Below, in pieces: positions 1 to 11,651 of a DNA stretch of 64,000 nt (positions are counted from its first letter, which is position 1; each line of letters opens with the position of its first letter). A program made the translations under genes and the position numbers. Source of the stretch: Styela clava (taxonomy: Eukaryota); contig NC_135251.1 in NCBI RefSeq assembly GCF_964204865.1, positions 17,236,001 to 17,300,000 on the forward strand. The letters are read 5' to 3'. The notes beneath the pieces were generated by a model. The model was not told the DNA's origin, made no database searches, and saw only the letters and a list, made by a program, of their open reading frames with translations.

Positions 1-280
1 TGGCTATGACGTCCTGTTACAATTTCAAATTTGTTATGAAATCTGTTTTAACATATTTTAACAAAGATTTCATTTTATTTTAATTATTGTTTATTCAGTT
101 TTTTTTTACTTCATTTAGTAATGCTCCTGTAGAGGCAAACTATATACAGTACCAATAAATTCCCTTTGTGAATGGGAAAAATAAGAAATATTTGGCTATG
201 GATATTGCTATCCTTGTATATTATATTAAAAAGGTATGTTATATCAAATCAGAAACAGAATAAAAACTATGTGACCTTAC

Positions 281-3200
281 TTTTGTAAATTCTTTAACAG
301 CTGGATAATACTGCCCCATAGTTGCAAGAGAAACTGCTTTCATGAACTGACATGGTTCATTGAATGGTTCGAGAGATGTGCAAGTCTAAGTTTGAATGAA
401 AATGAGTCAATATTACATCTGATGATACATTGGAAAGAAGATTCAACCAAGAAGAAGAAGAATCCCCTAATTTTGTTCAGAACCTTGTAAAAATATTATC
501 GTAATAGTTTTGCCACTGGTCATCTTTCAGTGTGAATCTTAATCACATAAGTGCATATGGTGGGAGCTGACTTCGATGACCGTACGGTCGTATCGCTCCC
601 TTCTGTCCATACCAAAACAATTTTATTGCTGTTGCTATTTTATTGATGACTGTATTTTTTGGTTGACGAATAAAATCTCTCTCTCTCTAATTAGGGAGTG
701 TGCAATCGTATGAAAATAGATGAAAGCATAATTCTGTTGTGAGTTGTGAGACCATAATCATGCAGAGTAGTGGGATGGATATGTTATGATATGATAAATC
801 TATCCGGTCAAGTTCTGATTCATAATCAACCAGTCTCACAAATCTACCAGGGCTAGGTATTTTATGTTTGGCATGAACATTTGCCAATAGCTTTTTGGAC
901 TTATTCTGTTTGACAATTCAGTCTTAAATAAATTCAAACCTATACAACTTAAGATAAATAGAATCAAATAAACGAGATCAAAAAAGTTGTGGTGGACAGA
1001 AAACAGGATAGTACGTGAAAGCTACAATTTTAGTGCTTGTTTTTACATTTTTATGTTCTTGTTTTTCTAGTTTCCAATACGAATTTTAAAATGAGTTTTC
1101 ACATGGGTGGGGCTGTTTTTGCTTTACAATTGAAGTTAAGCTAAAGCGTCCTATCAGCAGCAAATTGTGTGACAACCCCATTGGCCACATGCCCGACAGA
1201 TAGCACCAGAAAGAGGGGCACCCTCTCCAACCTTAATAGAGTGGTCATGAAATTGAGGTTGTTTGCGCCCAAGTACTTTTGGTAAGAATTTTTGGGAACA
1301 AAAAAATCAAACCTTGAAAGATTGTAGAGCATCATCAGCATCCCCATGATTGTATTGTAAATGTCCTTTATAACGATATGATCTTGCATCGGTTGGATTT
1401 ACAGACAATGCTTTGTTGAAATTTTCTATTGCCAAATCGAACTCTCCCAGTTCCCTGTCAAATATAGATGGTAAATTAAGCAATAAAAGAACACATTTGC
1501 AAACCAAATGAAATATCAGAACATGCATAATCAACTATTGAATTTCTACCTGTATGCTTGGCCCAAGCTTTGTATCACCTCTGTATAGTCTGGTTTCAAT
1601 TTTAGAATATCCTGTTATATAAATAAGGTATAAATGGCATATAACTCGAGAAAAATTAGTCTGTAAGGAATCGAATATTCCAATCGATTCAAAATTGGTT
1701 ATATTCGATGTAGCAATTCAGGATTTTAGGGATAATTCAGAATATTTTAAACTGAAAACTTGCTTATTAATCTCAAGCAGGTCACTCAAACCTTGTTTAA
1801 CTTTTGATCAAACAAGAGAGTAACGCTCAAATATATGGACACGAAGATCAAAACATAGTACGGATATCTAATTTTTAACACTACCGATACAAAAAGCGTG
1901 GTCTAGGCGACTTCGACAGACTACTAGATCACAATGGCCACAACTAGAGGTGGAAACTCAAATTTCATGAATTTGCATTGATTTCTTTTAAATTCTCCAT
2001 TAAAACCAGTTTAGCATATATATTACATATTTCATATAAGAAACTAATATTTCAAAATGTATTCATACTAGTACTTCATTCAACTTTGGCTATTGATGGC
2101 TATTAGATTCCAAAGCAATTGGATAAAATAATTTCTCGGTAAAGAAAAGCAATGCATACAGTAACTTCCACAAGTCAGTTTATTATACATTTGCATAAAT
2201 ACAGTAATCCATATTTTTGAATGCAATGAATGACCGAAATAAAAAAATGTTTTTTTCTTATCAAAAATAATAACAAACCTGAAACAAAGTTATGGATTCC
2301 TTCAATCGACCCATATGATAAAGACAAAGAGCTTGATAATGCATTGCTACTGGTTGATCTGGTGTATTATCTAGCGACTTTTGAAAATCATCATGAGCTT
2401 TGCTATATTCCTGAAATAAAACAGTGTTTCCCAAACGGGGAGGAACTTTACTGTTTTTGTAGAAAAAAATTCACTTTTTATCACAATTATACTAATATTG
2501 TCTAGCTCAGGGATATTGAACCCTGTTTAAAGAATGATGAACATTTTCAAAAATTATTTTTTGTGCATTGTTGTCAGTAGCTGCATACTATAGTAGTTCT
2601 AGTATAGTAGCACATATTCTAGATTGAATTAAAGATAATTTGCTGTCAATTTTATTTCTGAAAAGTCAGTATGCTTTTTGCATTGATTCGTGGATTGGCA
2701 GGTCACCGAAAAAAACAAGAGTAGTAACCTGCAGGTAGCGGTCCTCATCCATGGCCTAGCTATTATTACCATTGTAAATTGGACACATTATAAGGATGAA
2801 AATCGGTGCGATTTATGTGCATTGTTAGGTAATGATCCATTAAAAAAGGAACAACAGATGGTAATCAAATCGTTACGTATGTATAGTGAGGGTAGGATAA
2901 ATAGTTTCAAATTAGTCAAAGAGAGAAATGTATGAAAAAGCACAGAAACTGCTGGGTTGTTTTCTGCTGGGTTATTTTCCCTTTTTCTAGGATTCAAATT
3001 AAAATTAGGCATTAATATGTTCAAAAACACACTTATCTTGTTAATTGTAAATAAGGATACATTTTGCCAAGATATATATTAATCATATAGAAATTTACAG
3101 ACTAAATTTTTTATGGGCCGTTTCCAGACATCCATTTGAACAAGGCTCTGTATAAGCAACTTCTGACACATAATGTGCCACTATTTTTGATGGGAACCAC

Positions 3201-6200
3201 TAATTTTGTGAGTATTGAAATCTTTCTGATTGGGCATTGCCTACCCAAATTATCACACCTTTGGGTGTTGGAGTTGATGATCCTGGAGAGGGAATATGAA
3301 ATTTTTAGCTCGCGATGCTAACATAGTGGGGCATAATTCACGTTTAAATTCTCCAATAGCAAAAAATCATTCATAGCCAATCGAAAAAACAAAAATGAAT
3401 CATAATATTTGAAACAAAAAAATTACTTGGTGTATCTTACTCACCTCCAACAGAAACAATACACTTCCTCTGTGCATATAAATATTAGGATCTGATAAAT
3501 TGTTTTTTAAAATTCTTGAATAGTCATTATTTGCTTCATGTAATCGTCCCATTGCTTGATATACCTTGAAAAGAATAAGCATCTTATTTCTATGTACCTA
3601 ACTAAGACTGTGGAAACACCAAAAGTTTTTACAGATTTATGTATTATTTTATATACCAATGACACATTGCCAAGCAGTGTTTCTGTTCTGTTATGAATCA
3701 TACATGTTGGCACAATGTCGTCCTCAACTGACTCCAAATTATAGTAGAGGTGTTCAATGAAAACTTGCCCACAGAAGAGATTTGAAACCATATTTGATTC
3801 AAACCATATATATACAAAATTTGGGAGGATTTTAAGATTCACACAAAATTAAAATAAATATTGTGCATGCCACATCAGTGGTCGAAGATTTAACAACTGC
3901 ATTTTTAATTGAAATTAATATTTTAATGGATGTTAAGAATTTAGACAGTCCTACTCTATTTCAGTTATTTATATCACAAATGAGTTAAGATGTGAGCTTA
4001 TAAAAGCGAATGAGAAATACAGGGTGAACCCAAAAACAGAAATCGGGTCATTTGGAACATATTATTGGAGAAGATACCTTTTGTGCAAAGAATCCTGGAT
4101 TACTGAAAGTTTTGGGTACAATCATACATGAACAGAAGTCAAATAAATTTTCTTCATTTCATAGAAGTAATTGAGAAATTGATGGGTTCTGTTTCTTTGG
4201 GGTCACTGTGTGGTATAAAATAATCATTGAAAAACAAGGTTTTATTCACTCACTTCCGCTCTCCTTTCCAATATAGCAAGAGCAGCTTCTTCACTTTTAA
4301 TATACTTCAGAGCAGTATTGTAGTCATTCAATGCATTTTCTGCATTTCCTTGTTGTGACAATCCACTTTTTGCATATGCTAATGCTCTTCCATAGTAAAT
4401 GGCTGGACAGGAAACATCCTCCTTTTGTATCATGAAAATAGGAAAAGAATATTCAAATTATTTTTGAGCTTTCTCCACACAGAGGTTAGAAGCACAGAAC
4501 TGTTAATGTAATTACGTTATGATGGGCAGTTATCGCTGTAAAGATTCTTTTCTGGAGCGAAAAAGTAAACATAAAATAAAGTTGGTTTACTTATTATTCA
4601 CCCTCGGAATGTGTTACTCTCTTATGTGAAAATACATGCACGGATGTGACAATGTATATCACTGACAATCATTTATTAAATTGAATAAGTTGTCTTATTT
4701 CCATGTAGTGGCTGCATCAGTTTATTCCACTAAAGATAAACAAACCCCATGACAGAATATTCAAACAAATATTCTTTTGATTCATTCAGAGATATATATA
4801 TAATATGAAGTCCTATAACAGGTAAAAAGTACCAGTGACATCTTGTTGTAATGATTGTATGCTTCGGTTGGATATCCCATTGCAACTAAGATGATGCCAA
4901 CAGCTGAAATAAAACATATAACTTAAATACAAACAGCATTATTTCGGCCTCTCATCTGGTAATGTCTATGCAGAATATGCAGATAGTTAACCAATTATTC
5001 ATTGCAGATGTATGGACTTGATAATGGAGGAAGCCATAACCAAACAGAGGTTACATAGACCATCCTATGATGATGAGTCCATCAATTATCTCGCATATGA
5101 TCAATCCTCACAAGATTTAAATTCGCAAGTCCGCGCGTAGTCAGATGTGCCATGACAAACGTGATTTCTTAAAGATTATTCAGCCATTAAACCAAGCAAT
5201 TTGAAAAAAATTCTTCTGTGTTATTTATTTATTGTCTGTGTCATAAAAATAAATGTTATATGAAATACACATTCTTATCATTGACAGTGAAATTAACTAA
5301 AAATAAAAACTGACCTAATTCTTCACTGTTTCTTCCATCACTGCATTCAACAGGAAGCAACTTATTTTTAACCAGTTCATTAGCGAAATGCTGAAATTTA
5401 GAATATATATAAATAAGCACAGTTGATTAAAAAAAATCTTCAATGTTAACTTTTACTGCATGGGCATATAATTCGAATAATCCCCCTTACAGAAATGGGC
5501 CATTGATTCAAAAAAGCACAATCTCTATTCTAGTTCGACAATCAAGCCAAACAAATGTCTTCACAAAAGTTATATTTAACCAACAAAAATACCAGAAACC
5601 GAAGCAAAGACATTGTAATTTAAAAATAAACACTCACACGAATAACGTCATAATTCAATTTATCAGGAGGACATTTGACATCACGATATGAGAGTGATTT
5701 ATAGACAGAAGGTCCTAGAATAGAAGGACCATCCCCACCCATCGACCATTCTTCTCGTGAAGGAGCTAATGTAGGTTCAAGGCATGATTTGGGAAGATAG
5801 ATGACATGATCAGACATCCGTCCATACCCTGTTCAATGAAAGGAAAATAATTTACAAACATGCAGCAGTTGCAGTTGGAAAAGAGAATATAAAGGGGGCA
5901 GAAATGGGAATATGCTTGTCTTTTGACTTGTCTTTCGTTGAAAATATGACTAAAGAAATACCGTAGTCTTTTTGTGTTAAAAATAAACCGTTCAAAACAT
6001 ATGATCGTTAGTTTGCCTTTCAAGATTAAAATATGAAACTGGAACTATTTTATTTTCGTTTTGAAGTCAAGGGCCAATTATTAAATGATGTCTCATGATA
6101 ACTGCTTCTCTGACATTTACCGCTTTGACATTGACTCTTTTTCACAAACGTGTTACAAAGTTTCCATAAGATTTTGATTTTTCTGAACAAACATTGAGTG

Positions 6201-6990
6201 GCAATATGACAGTACGAGTTATATTTCAGGACTTTTTACTCATTCAACAAGATATTTCTGTTTTCCCTTCGATCGGGTTGCCTTATTACTGTATTAGTTT
6301 GAATATGAAAATCCTATCCTGCTGAAAAGCTATATCTGCTTCGAAGTAAGATGTGCCATCTACGGGTCTATTGCACACTATGCTGTTATTGCAATATTGG
6401 AAGAAAATAGTCCAGCAGGTGGAGAGAAATACATCAGTCAGTCAGCTCAAGTCATTAATTACAGAATTAGATAAAGTATTGGACAAATTCACAGGCAAAA
6501 GCTGAACTAACAAACAGACAAAAGCGAGAATATCGGTCGAAGACCGAAAACTCATCGATCGAAACTGCGGTTTCGATTCATTACTCTATAGTGACACCGC
6601 GTGTCCCATCACAAATTAATTACCAACTCGTTAATTATACGACATAATTCATCCAAAATCAATAGGCTTCTGGTCCGAGATATGATGAATGCACATGCGA
6701 AATTTAGAGCAGATTCATCCTCGCTTTTGTGAGATATCCGTGCATCTAACAGACAGACAAATACCTATCAACATACTTACCGATCAAGATTGATAAGTAA
6801 TAAATGATAATAATGAAAGCCAGATATCTCAGTATTTGTATTTGTGTGTTGACTTACCTATGAAAACCCTGGACAGTACTTGTATATTGTGATCATCATC
6901 ACCCGCACTTTGTTTGCATGCTTCTGCACTAATACCAGCTGACACTAGTTTGAAACAGGCCACGAAGCACACGAGAATAGAGGGCTTCAT
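281..6990 (-). CDS. TTC13: Tetratricopeptide repeat protein 13, 5' part; multi-exon, continues past the left edge of the window
   Basis: GT-AG exons: 6858-6990 (MKPSILVCFVACFKLVSAG, signal-peptide-like), ~5638-5829, ~5314-5390 (HFANELVKNKLLPVECSDGRNSEEL), ~4833-4902 (AVGIILVAMGYPTEAYNHY), ~4254-4421 (AIYYGRALAYAKSG...NAENAL...ILERRAE), ~3445-3564 (MGRLHEANNDYS...YMHRGSVLFLLE), ~2279-2410 (EYSKAHDDFQKSL...QPVAMHYQAL), ~1550-1611 (LKPDYTEVIQSLGQAYR), ~1313-1453 (ELGEFDLAIENFNKAL), 281-386 (SLEPFNEPCQFMKAVSLATMGQYY). Order and residues follow vertebrate TTC13 as recalled (AIYGRGIAYGKKG, EDYATAHEDFQQSL, LEPYNEVCQYMKG). Confidence 0.9.
1812..1935 (+). mobile_element. Short relative of the Helentron-associated (HINE/DINE-like) element at 7227-7493
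   Basis: Starts ACAAGAGAGTAACGCTCAAATATATGGACACG, almost identical to the head of the minus-strand element at 7493 (ACAAGAGAGCTATGCTCAAATATATGGACACG). Right end uncertain. Confidence 0.45.
4020..4210. mobile_element. Tc1/mariner-type MITE in a TTC13 intron
   Basis: TA|CAGGGTGAACCCAAAAACAGAA at the left. The right end reverse-complemented reads CACAGTGACCCCAAAGAAACAGAA (imperfect TIR). The right TA target site is degenerate (TG). Confidence 0.5.
6510..6803 (+). mobile_element. Helentron-associated (HINE/DINE-like) non-autonomous element in TTC13 intron 1
   Basis: Subterminal TCGGTC-GAA-GACCGA and ATCGATCGA hairpins, an (ACAG)n tract near the 3' end and a terminal stem ACTTAcCGATC...GATTGaTAAGT. 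Shares an AATAG(G/C)CTTCTGG motif with the 7227-7493 element. Family call is by architecture only. Confidence 0.45.
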
Positions 6991-7226
6991 AATAGTCCTA
7001 TCAACCCGCACATAGCATAATAGGCTAATCCTGACCCAACAGAACAACAGAAAGCGCTAGTCAAACCAAAACAAAACAAGCCGCAGGCAGAAAAGTAGGA
7101 AGAGAGATATCAAGAAATAGATGTCAGTAGGTAATGAGTGCTAACGCAAGTGACACCGAGACGGGTGCTCAAGCAAGATGCAAAAAGTGACGTAACAATG
7201 CTCCCCTTTCGCATCCGCTCAGACAC

Positions 7227-7493
7227 TTTTTGGACACGTAGTGGACATAACGATCGTTTCAATATTATGTTGTTGTTGTTCTTGTTCTTGTTATCCTTGT
7301 TGTTGTTCTTTGACACGTTTTTAAAAAGTCGCTTTTCTCTTCGAATACTGGACCAATTGCTTTGAAATTTTCAGTGGTTGAAGATAAAATTTTTCTCCAG
7401 AAGGCTATTACTTTTTTTTTCGCTATGACGTCATCAAAATTATTGCCATTGGGTGGCGCTACGTGTCCATATATTTGAGCATAGCTCTCTTGT
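7227..7493 (-). mobile_element. HINE/DINE-like non-autonomous element ~240 bp upstream of the TTC13 ATG
   Basis: Subterminal inverted repeat TGGACACGTAG / CTACGTGTCCA, internal (AAC)n-like microsatellite (7268-7310), ends in an A/T run, no TSD. A related head is present at 1812. Confidence 0.55.
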
Positions 7494-7779
7494 CTCACTA
7501 AGACAGATTTTCAAGCGTGGTCGTAAACATTACCTCGTTTTCGCGTTTTTGAACTCTATTCGTTAGTTTTCAGCTGTGTTTCGGAAACTTAAATATGAAT
7601 CAGATAATTCATGATCACTCTGTCTTCCTATGAGTTTTAATTTAATTTAAGTAATAAAAATTAATTCCATGGTTCTTAGTTTTTTACATTTGTCAAATTT
7701 GCATTCTCTCTAAGTTTTTCTTTATTTTTTCTTGTTGTCCTCTCATTTTCTCTCTTCAGTGCATTCTCTCGTGATAGTT

Positions 7780-8052
7780 ATACATTTATTTTGTTAAATA
7801 ATCTGCACAGTAGCCTCAATTATGTATACTGCCGCAACTACTGGTATTCAGTAGTTGTGTCTTATTTAGTTACTTTTTTATACTAACCTGCATCAGCTAG
7901 GTGTCGCTGCTTGAAGACCTTTATAGGTCCCTCGCGACCCTCCAGTCACACAATTAACATGATCAGTATATTTCGTTTGTTGTAACAGTTTTCTATATGC
8001 TTGTTTTTTGTGTTGACAAATGACAAATAAAAGATTGATTGATGGATTGAAT
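7780..8052 (+). mobile_element. Possible 3' tail of a non-LTR retrotransposon (CR1/L2-like)
   Basis: T-rich tract, a GC-rich stem region, then AATAAA immediately followed by a (GATT)n-like tail at 8032-8052. No RT ORF visible; left boundary is a guess. Confidence 0.35.
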
Positions 8053-8416
8053 TAGCGTAGAATTAGCTGTGATAGACTAGGCTAAAATTCTTTACCGGTA
8101 GTTTCAAAATACAGATTGTTGTATGCGATAAATCATAATGATGGTATGAAACACATACGCCATTTTACAGGCGCCAACTCGCAAAAGCACTCTTAAAATA
8201 GCCCCGAAAATTTTGCAATGGTAAAGTATGAGAAAAAATTTTCGGGGGTCAAAGGTCGGGGAAAGGTCCATAGCTGTTGAGAAATGAGAATGGGTAAACG
8301 ACTCACTTCAATGCGATATTACGTCCTTAAAATTCACTATCATGTAGTGACGTAGTCGCTGAAATTTCTTTCAGCGCCGAAAGTTGTTCTATACAAATTA
8401 TCGATATCCTTATTCC

Positions 8417-8944
8417 TAGGCTTACCATACGTCCCGGTTCAGCCGGGACAGTCCCGGTTTTAGCATGTTTTTCTGCCGTCCCGGCGATAGACTTAAATGT
8501 CCCGGTTTTGCAGTATGACAGTCATAATAGTTTTTCTATTCGATAATATTACAAAAAAAATTATTTTTAATGGAGGCAGCCGATTTACCAATGATTTGCG
8601 TCTCACTTCATGACATGAAGTATGAACCATGCGTTAATTTAACACCCAACTGTAATGTCGTTGAATCATCAAAATGCCGGAAACAAAGTGCAAGTTTTCT
8701 AATGAGTTTAAGAATGAGAACAATTCCCATTATTTGAAGCGAAGGCCAATAGAAAGAGAGAGTTTATTTTTATTTGTCAAACCGAGGATTTCGTAGTAAG
8801 ATTTACAGCTAATTTTGATGCCTGCAATCTACCCACAATGGTAGGAAAACGTTTAAACTATTACTAACCCCCAGAATCGAACCAAGTTTGACTTGTCCAA
8901 TCCGCGCCGTCCCGGTTTTTGGCTTCAGAGATATGGTAAGCCTA
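8417..8944. mobile_element. Non-autonomous hAT element (528 bp) that contains the left breakpoint of the triplication
   Basis: TIR TAGGCTTACCATA / TATGGTAAGCCTA, perfect 8-bp TSD CTTATTCC (8409-8416, 8945-8952), subterminal GTCCCGG repeats. Only its right 298 bp recur at 26433-26730 and 44219-44516. Confidence 0.9.
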
Positions 8945-9117
8945 CTTATTCCCCATTCTTGACGTCTGTGCTGGGACCAACTCGTTCAGATCAAATATAG
9001 AGGACTTGCACGGGTCACGTGACTTTGTTACTGGACGGCAATAAAACAAAATCGTCCATTTGGCTCCTGTCAGTTGCAAGTCGGATTATACGTTTCCGTT
9101 TTGTTTGGCTGTTGAAA

Positions 9118-10073
9118 ATGGTTATTTCGTATTGTTCCGTTGGCTGCACGTATAGTATAGACTATAGACAACGAAATGGATCTTCAGTTATATTCCCCTG
9201 TTTTCAAAAGATCCGGAACGTCGCGCAATGTGGATATCATCTATTGGCAGATCTGCTTGGTGTCAAGTCCAGAAGCCATCTCACTTGTGTTTAACTGTTT
9301 GCGGACAGCACTTCGTTGATGGTGAGTCATCATGTGCCGTTATCGAATTTTTAAATATTCATAAGCTCCCTCATTTCAATGGAAAGCAGATGACAAACTA
9401 CTGTTATTGGTAGGCCTAGGCGTAGGCCTACTTGCAGACTTGACTCGTGTAAGGTATTAATCAATAATTGCCATAAGGTATTGTTTTCCTAGTTAGCAGG
9501 TAATCTATTAGTAATTGTGAAAAGTTGAATAGATAACTAAAGTTTAACGCCAGTGCTCATGCAAAAAATAACCAGAATTCAATTGAATTCGCCATCTAAG
9601 AGTACGCTCGCCACCGCATCTCTGATCCCACTGGGAGTTTCACAGCTTCCAATCCCATGCGGGGATAGTTATGTGCGAGTGGATTGCAGCTCTCCTCCCA
9701 CTGAGGGTGGTTCACACGACCGCTGGTCGATTACGACATCCCCCACCATCAAGTATATGCTTCTAAAACAAATAACTGGCTAACTAATCCCGACATAGAA
9801 ATGGTAATCGTACGATGCTGCACCTTGCAATCTGTCCCCAACCAATGATAAATTCTATCCTGAAAACTACCCACATTGGTAGGCATAGTTGCGTTTTAAA
9901 TTGAAAGAAATCTTCATTAATGGTCAAATTGGTCTGATTGTTTTGTTAGTTAGCAGGTAATTTATTACTGATCTGATACACAAACTTGGCACTGTCAAAT
10001 GATGATAAGTGTTTAATTTATTTTCAGGAAAAAGGGAAGATAACCCATTATCAGCTGCTTATATGTCCCATCG
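9118..10073 (+). pseudogene. THAP zinc-finger domain remnant with two exons and frameshifts (also at +17786 and +35572)
   Basis: ATG at 9118; exon 1 ends GAT G|GTGAGT (9321); exon 2 starts TTTTCAG|GA at 10028 (phase 1 matches). C2CH signature, W, HF and terminal YVPS motif present. Frameshift near 9205 and an AT duplication near 10061. Confidence 0.8.
9600..9862 (+). mobile_element. Probable decayed SINE nested in the THAP intron (also at +17786 and +35572)
   Basis: GC-richer island with a degenerate B-box-like GCTTCCAATCCC (~9645-9656), TAAC repeats and an ATTCTATCCT tail. It lies between direct repeats TAGTTAGCAGGTAAT at ~9490 and ~9947. Boundaries approximate. Confidence 0.45.
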
Positions 10074-10260
10074 AAACACATGTAAGATGGCTTCTGGACT
10101 TGACACCAAGCAGTTCTGCCAATACAATAGGCAATGGATGATATCCACATTGCGCGACGTTCCGGATCTTTTAAAATTAGTGGAATATAACTGAAGATCC
10201 ATTTCGTTGTCTATACTATACGTACAGCCAACGGAACAATACGAAATAATCATTTTCAAC

Positions 10261-10463
10261 GGTGACCGTACATTTGAACCTACGTACATTTGAACCCATG
10301 TGTATATTCGCGAGTTCAATCTATATGCGGGTGCTAAACCCATGGGTTAGGGTTAGTATGAGTTCAAATATCCGTAAAACAACAAAAATTTTCATAGGTG
10401 CAATAGTGTGCAGGTGCAATCGTCGTGGGTTCAAATGTACGTGGGTTCAAATGTAATGGAACC
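10261..10463 (+). mobile_element. 203-bp MITE family A (Mutator- or Merlin-like) inserted in the right arm of the THAP fold-back; copies at 28047-28249 and 45833-46035
   Basis: Termini GGTGACCGTACATTTGAACC ... GGTTCAAATGTAATGGAACC, 9-bp TSD ATTTTCAAC. The empty site is visible in the left arm. Confidence 0.9.
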
Positions 10464-10769
10464 ATTTTCAACAGCCAAACAAAACGGAAACGTATAATCC
10501 GACTTGCAACTGACAGGAGCCAAATGGACGTTTTTGTTTCATTGCCGTCTAGTAACAAAGTCACGTGACCCGTGCAAGTCCTCTATATACTACTACGTTC
10601 AGATACATCTTTAAAATATTTTTACTTGGTGTTTCATATCGCCGATAAGCGTTTAAAGCAAATACTAACCAAATGGAGCTTGTATATGTATGCAAATTTG
10701 TTTCAATATATATAAAATACATTGTGAAGATCAACAATGCATAAATATTTATGTAGGTAGATTCTAGAC

Positions 10770-11076
10770 CAGGCACGCTTTTTGGACCGGGTGCCAAAAA
10801 ATTTGTCTACTTAGACTGGCGGCCATGTAAGTGTGACGTAAAAAGTTACATTTTATAAACAATATTTACACTGTTACAAAAGCAAAAGTGGAAAACAGTG
10901 AGCCTCGTGCCAAAACGAAATATAATCCCAATCTCAACAAATTCCTTGAGCTATTTTTAGCCCAACATCAAAATTTGGTTTTAGTTTGGTTGTGGCAGCA
11001 TCATGCGGGCCAGACTGAACTACCCAACGAGCCGGATTTGGCCCGCGGGCCGTAGTTTGCTCATGTCATATGTCTG
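10770..11076. mobile_element. hAT (Charlie-like) MITE; copies at 28556-28862 and 46342-46648
   Basis: CAG...CTG termini, subterminal GCGGGCC/GGCCCGCGGGCCGTAGTTTGC, 8-bp TSD TTCTAGAC / TTGTAGAC (NTCTAGAN-type target). Confidence 0.75.
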
Positions 11077-11567
11077 TTGTAGACGGTTTGCACAAACGAG
11101 TTTGACTAACATTCACTGCCCAGGACGTAACCTGCAACAGCTGAGCTATGGCGCCATTGGTAACCAATTGCCACAGTTGCCCAGATATGAGGATATTTCT
11201 TTATACATTGACTTTGAATTAGATTCTGTGTAGCAACTAATAAAAACGACGGGAATGTTGTTAAACTACTGAGAGGGGTTCTACGTACAATTTGTGAAAG
11301 GCGTAATCATGTTCATTCTAACATTTGTCGTGAGTTGCATAAGCAAATACTCAAACTCATTCACCTAAACTCTCTCTACAAACAGTCACTAAAAATGTTG
11401 AGGTTTTCTATATACAACTTCTCTCTGTGTACTACGCTCTGTACAAGCAACTAAACGAAAATATGGGTGAGTTCATTCACATACCCCTTGAGAGCCAAGC
11501 TTCACCGACTGGCGCTACGTATAGATTTGCAAACCTATAACACAAGCCTACATTTTCTGGTTTTTAG

Positions 11568-11577
11568 TTTATTTATT
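11568..11577 (-). terminator. Candidate polyadenylation signals of the RGS3-like gene (also at +17786 and +35572)
   Basis: Two overlapping AATAAA on the minus strand ~75 nt after the TAA stop. Confidence 0.5.
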
Positions 11578-11651
11578 CAATCAATAGACGAAAGAACATA
11601 TGCAGGAACAAATGACGAAATTGGCAAAAAAACACATCTAAACATTTAAAT

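Larger units (their letters stand above)
8995..10588 (+). mobile_element. Fold-back non-autonomous DNA transposon with ~300-bp inverted arms and a decayed THAP-domain gene (PIF/Harbinger-ISL2EU-like, tentative)
   Basis: Left arm 8995-9292 (ATATAGAGGACTTGCACGGGTCACGTGAC...) and right arm 10074-10588 are inverted copies with AT/TA-type flanks. THAP remnant MVISYCSVGCT...F(P)KDPERRAMWISSIGRSAW...VCGQHFVDG|GKREDNPLSAAY(V)PS. Superfamily inferred from THAP plus flanks. Confidence 0.8.

Noticed and set aside
561-600. GC-rich hairpin GGGAGC...GACCGTACGGTC...GCTCCC in a TTC13 intron
   Set aside because: Probably the end of a decayed transposon. It is a single instance with no boundaries I can define.
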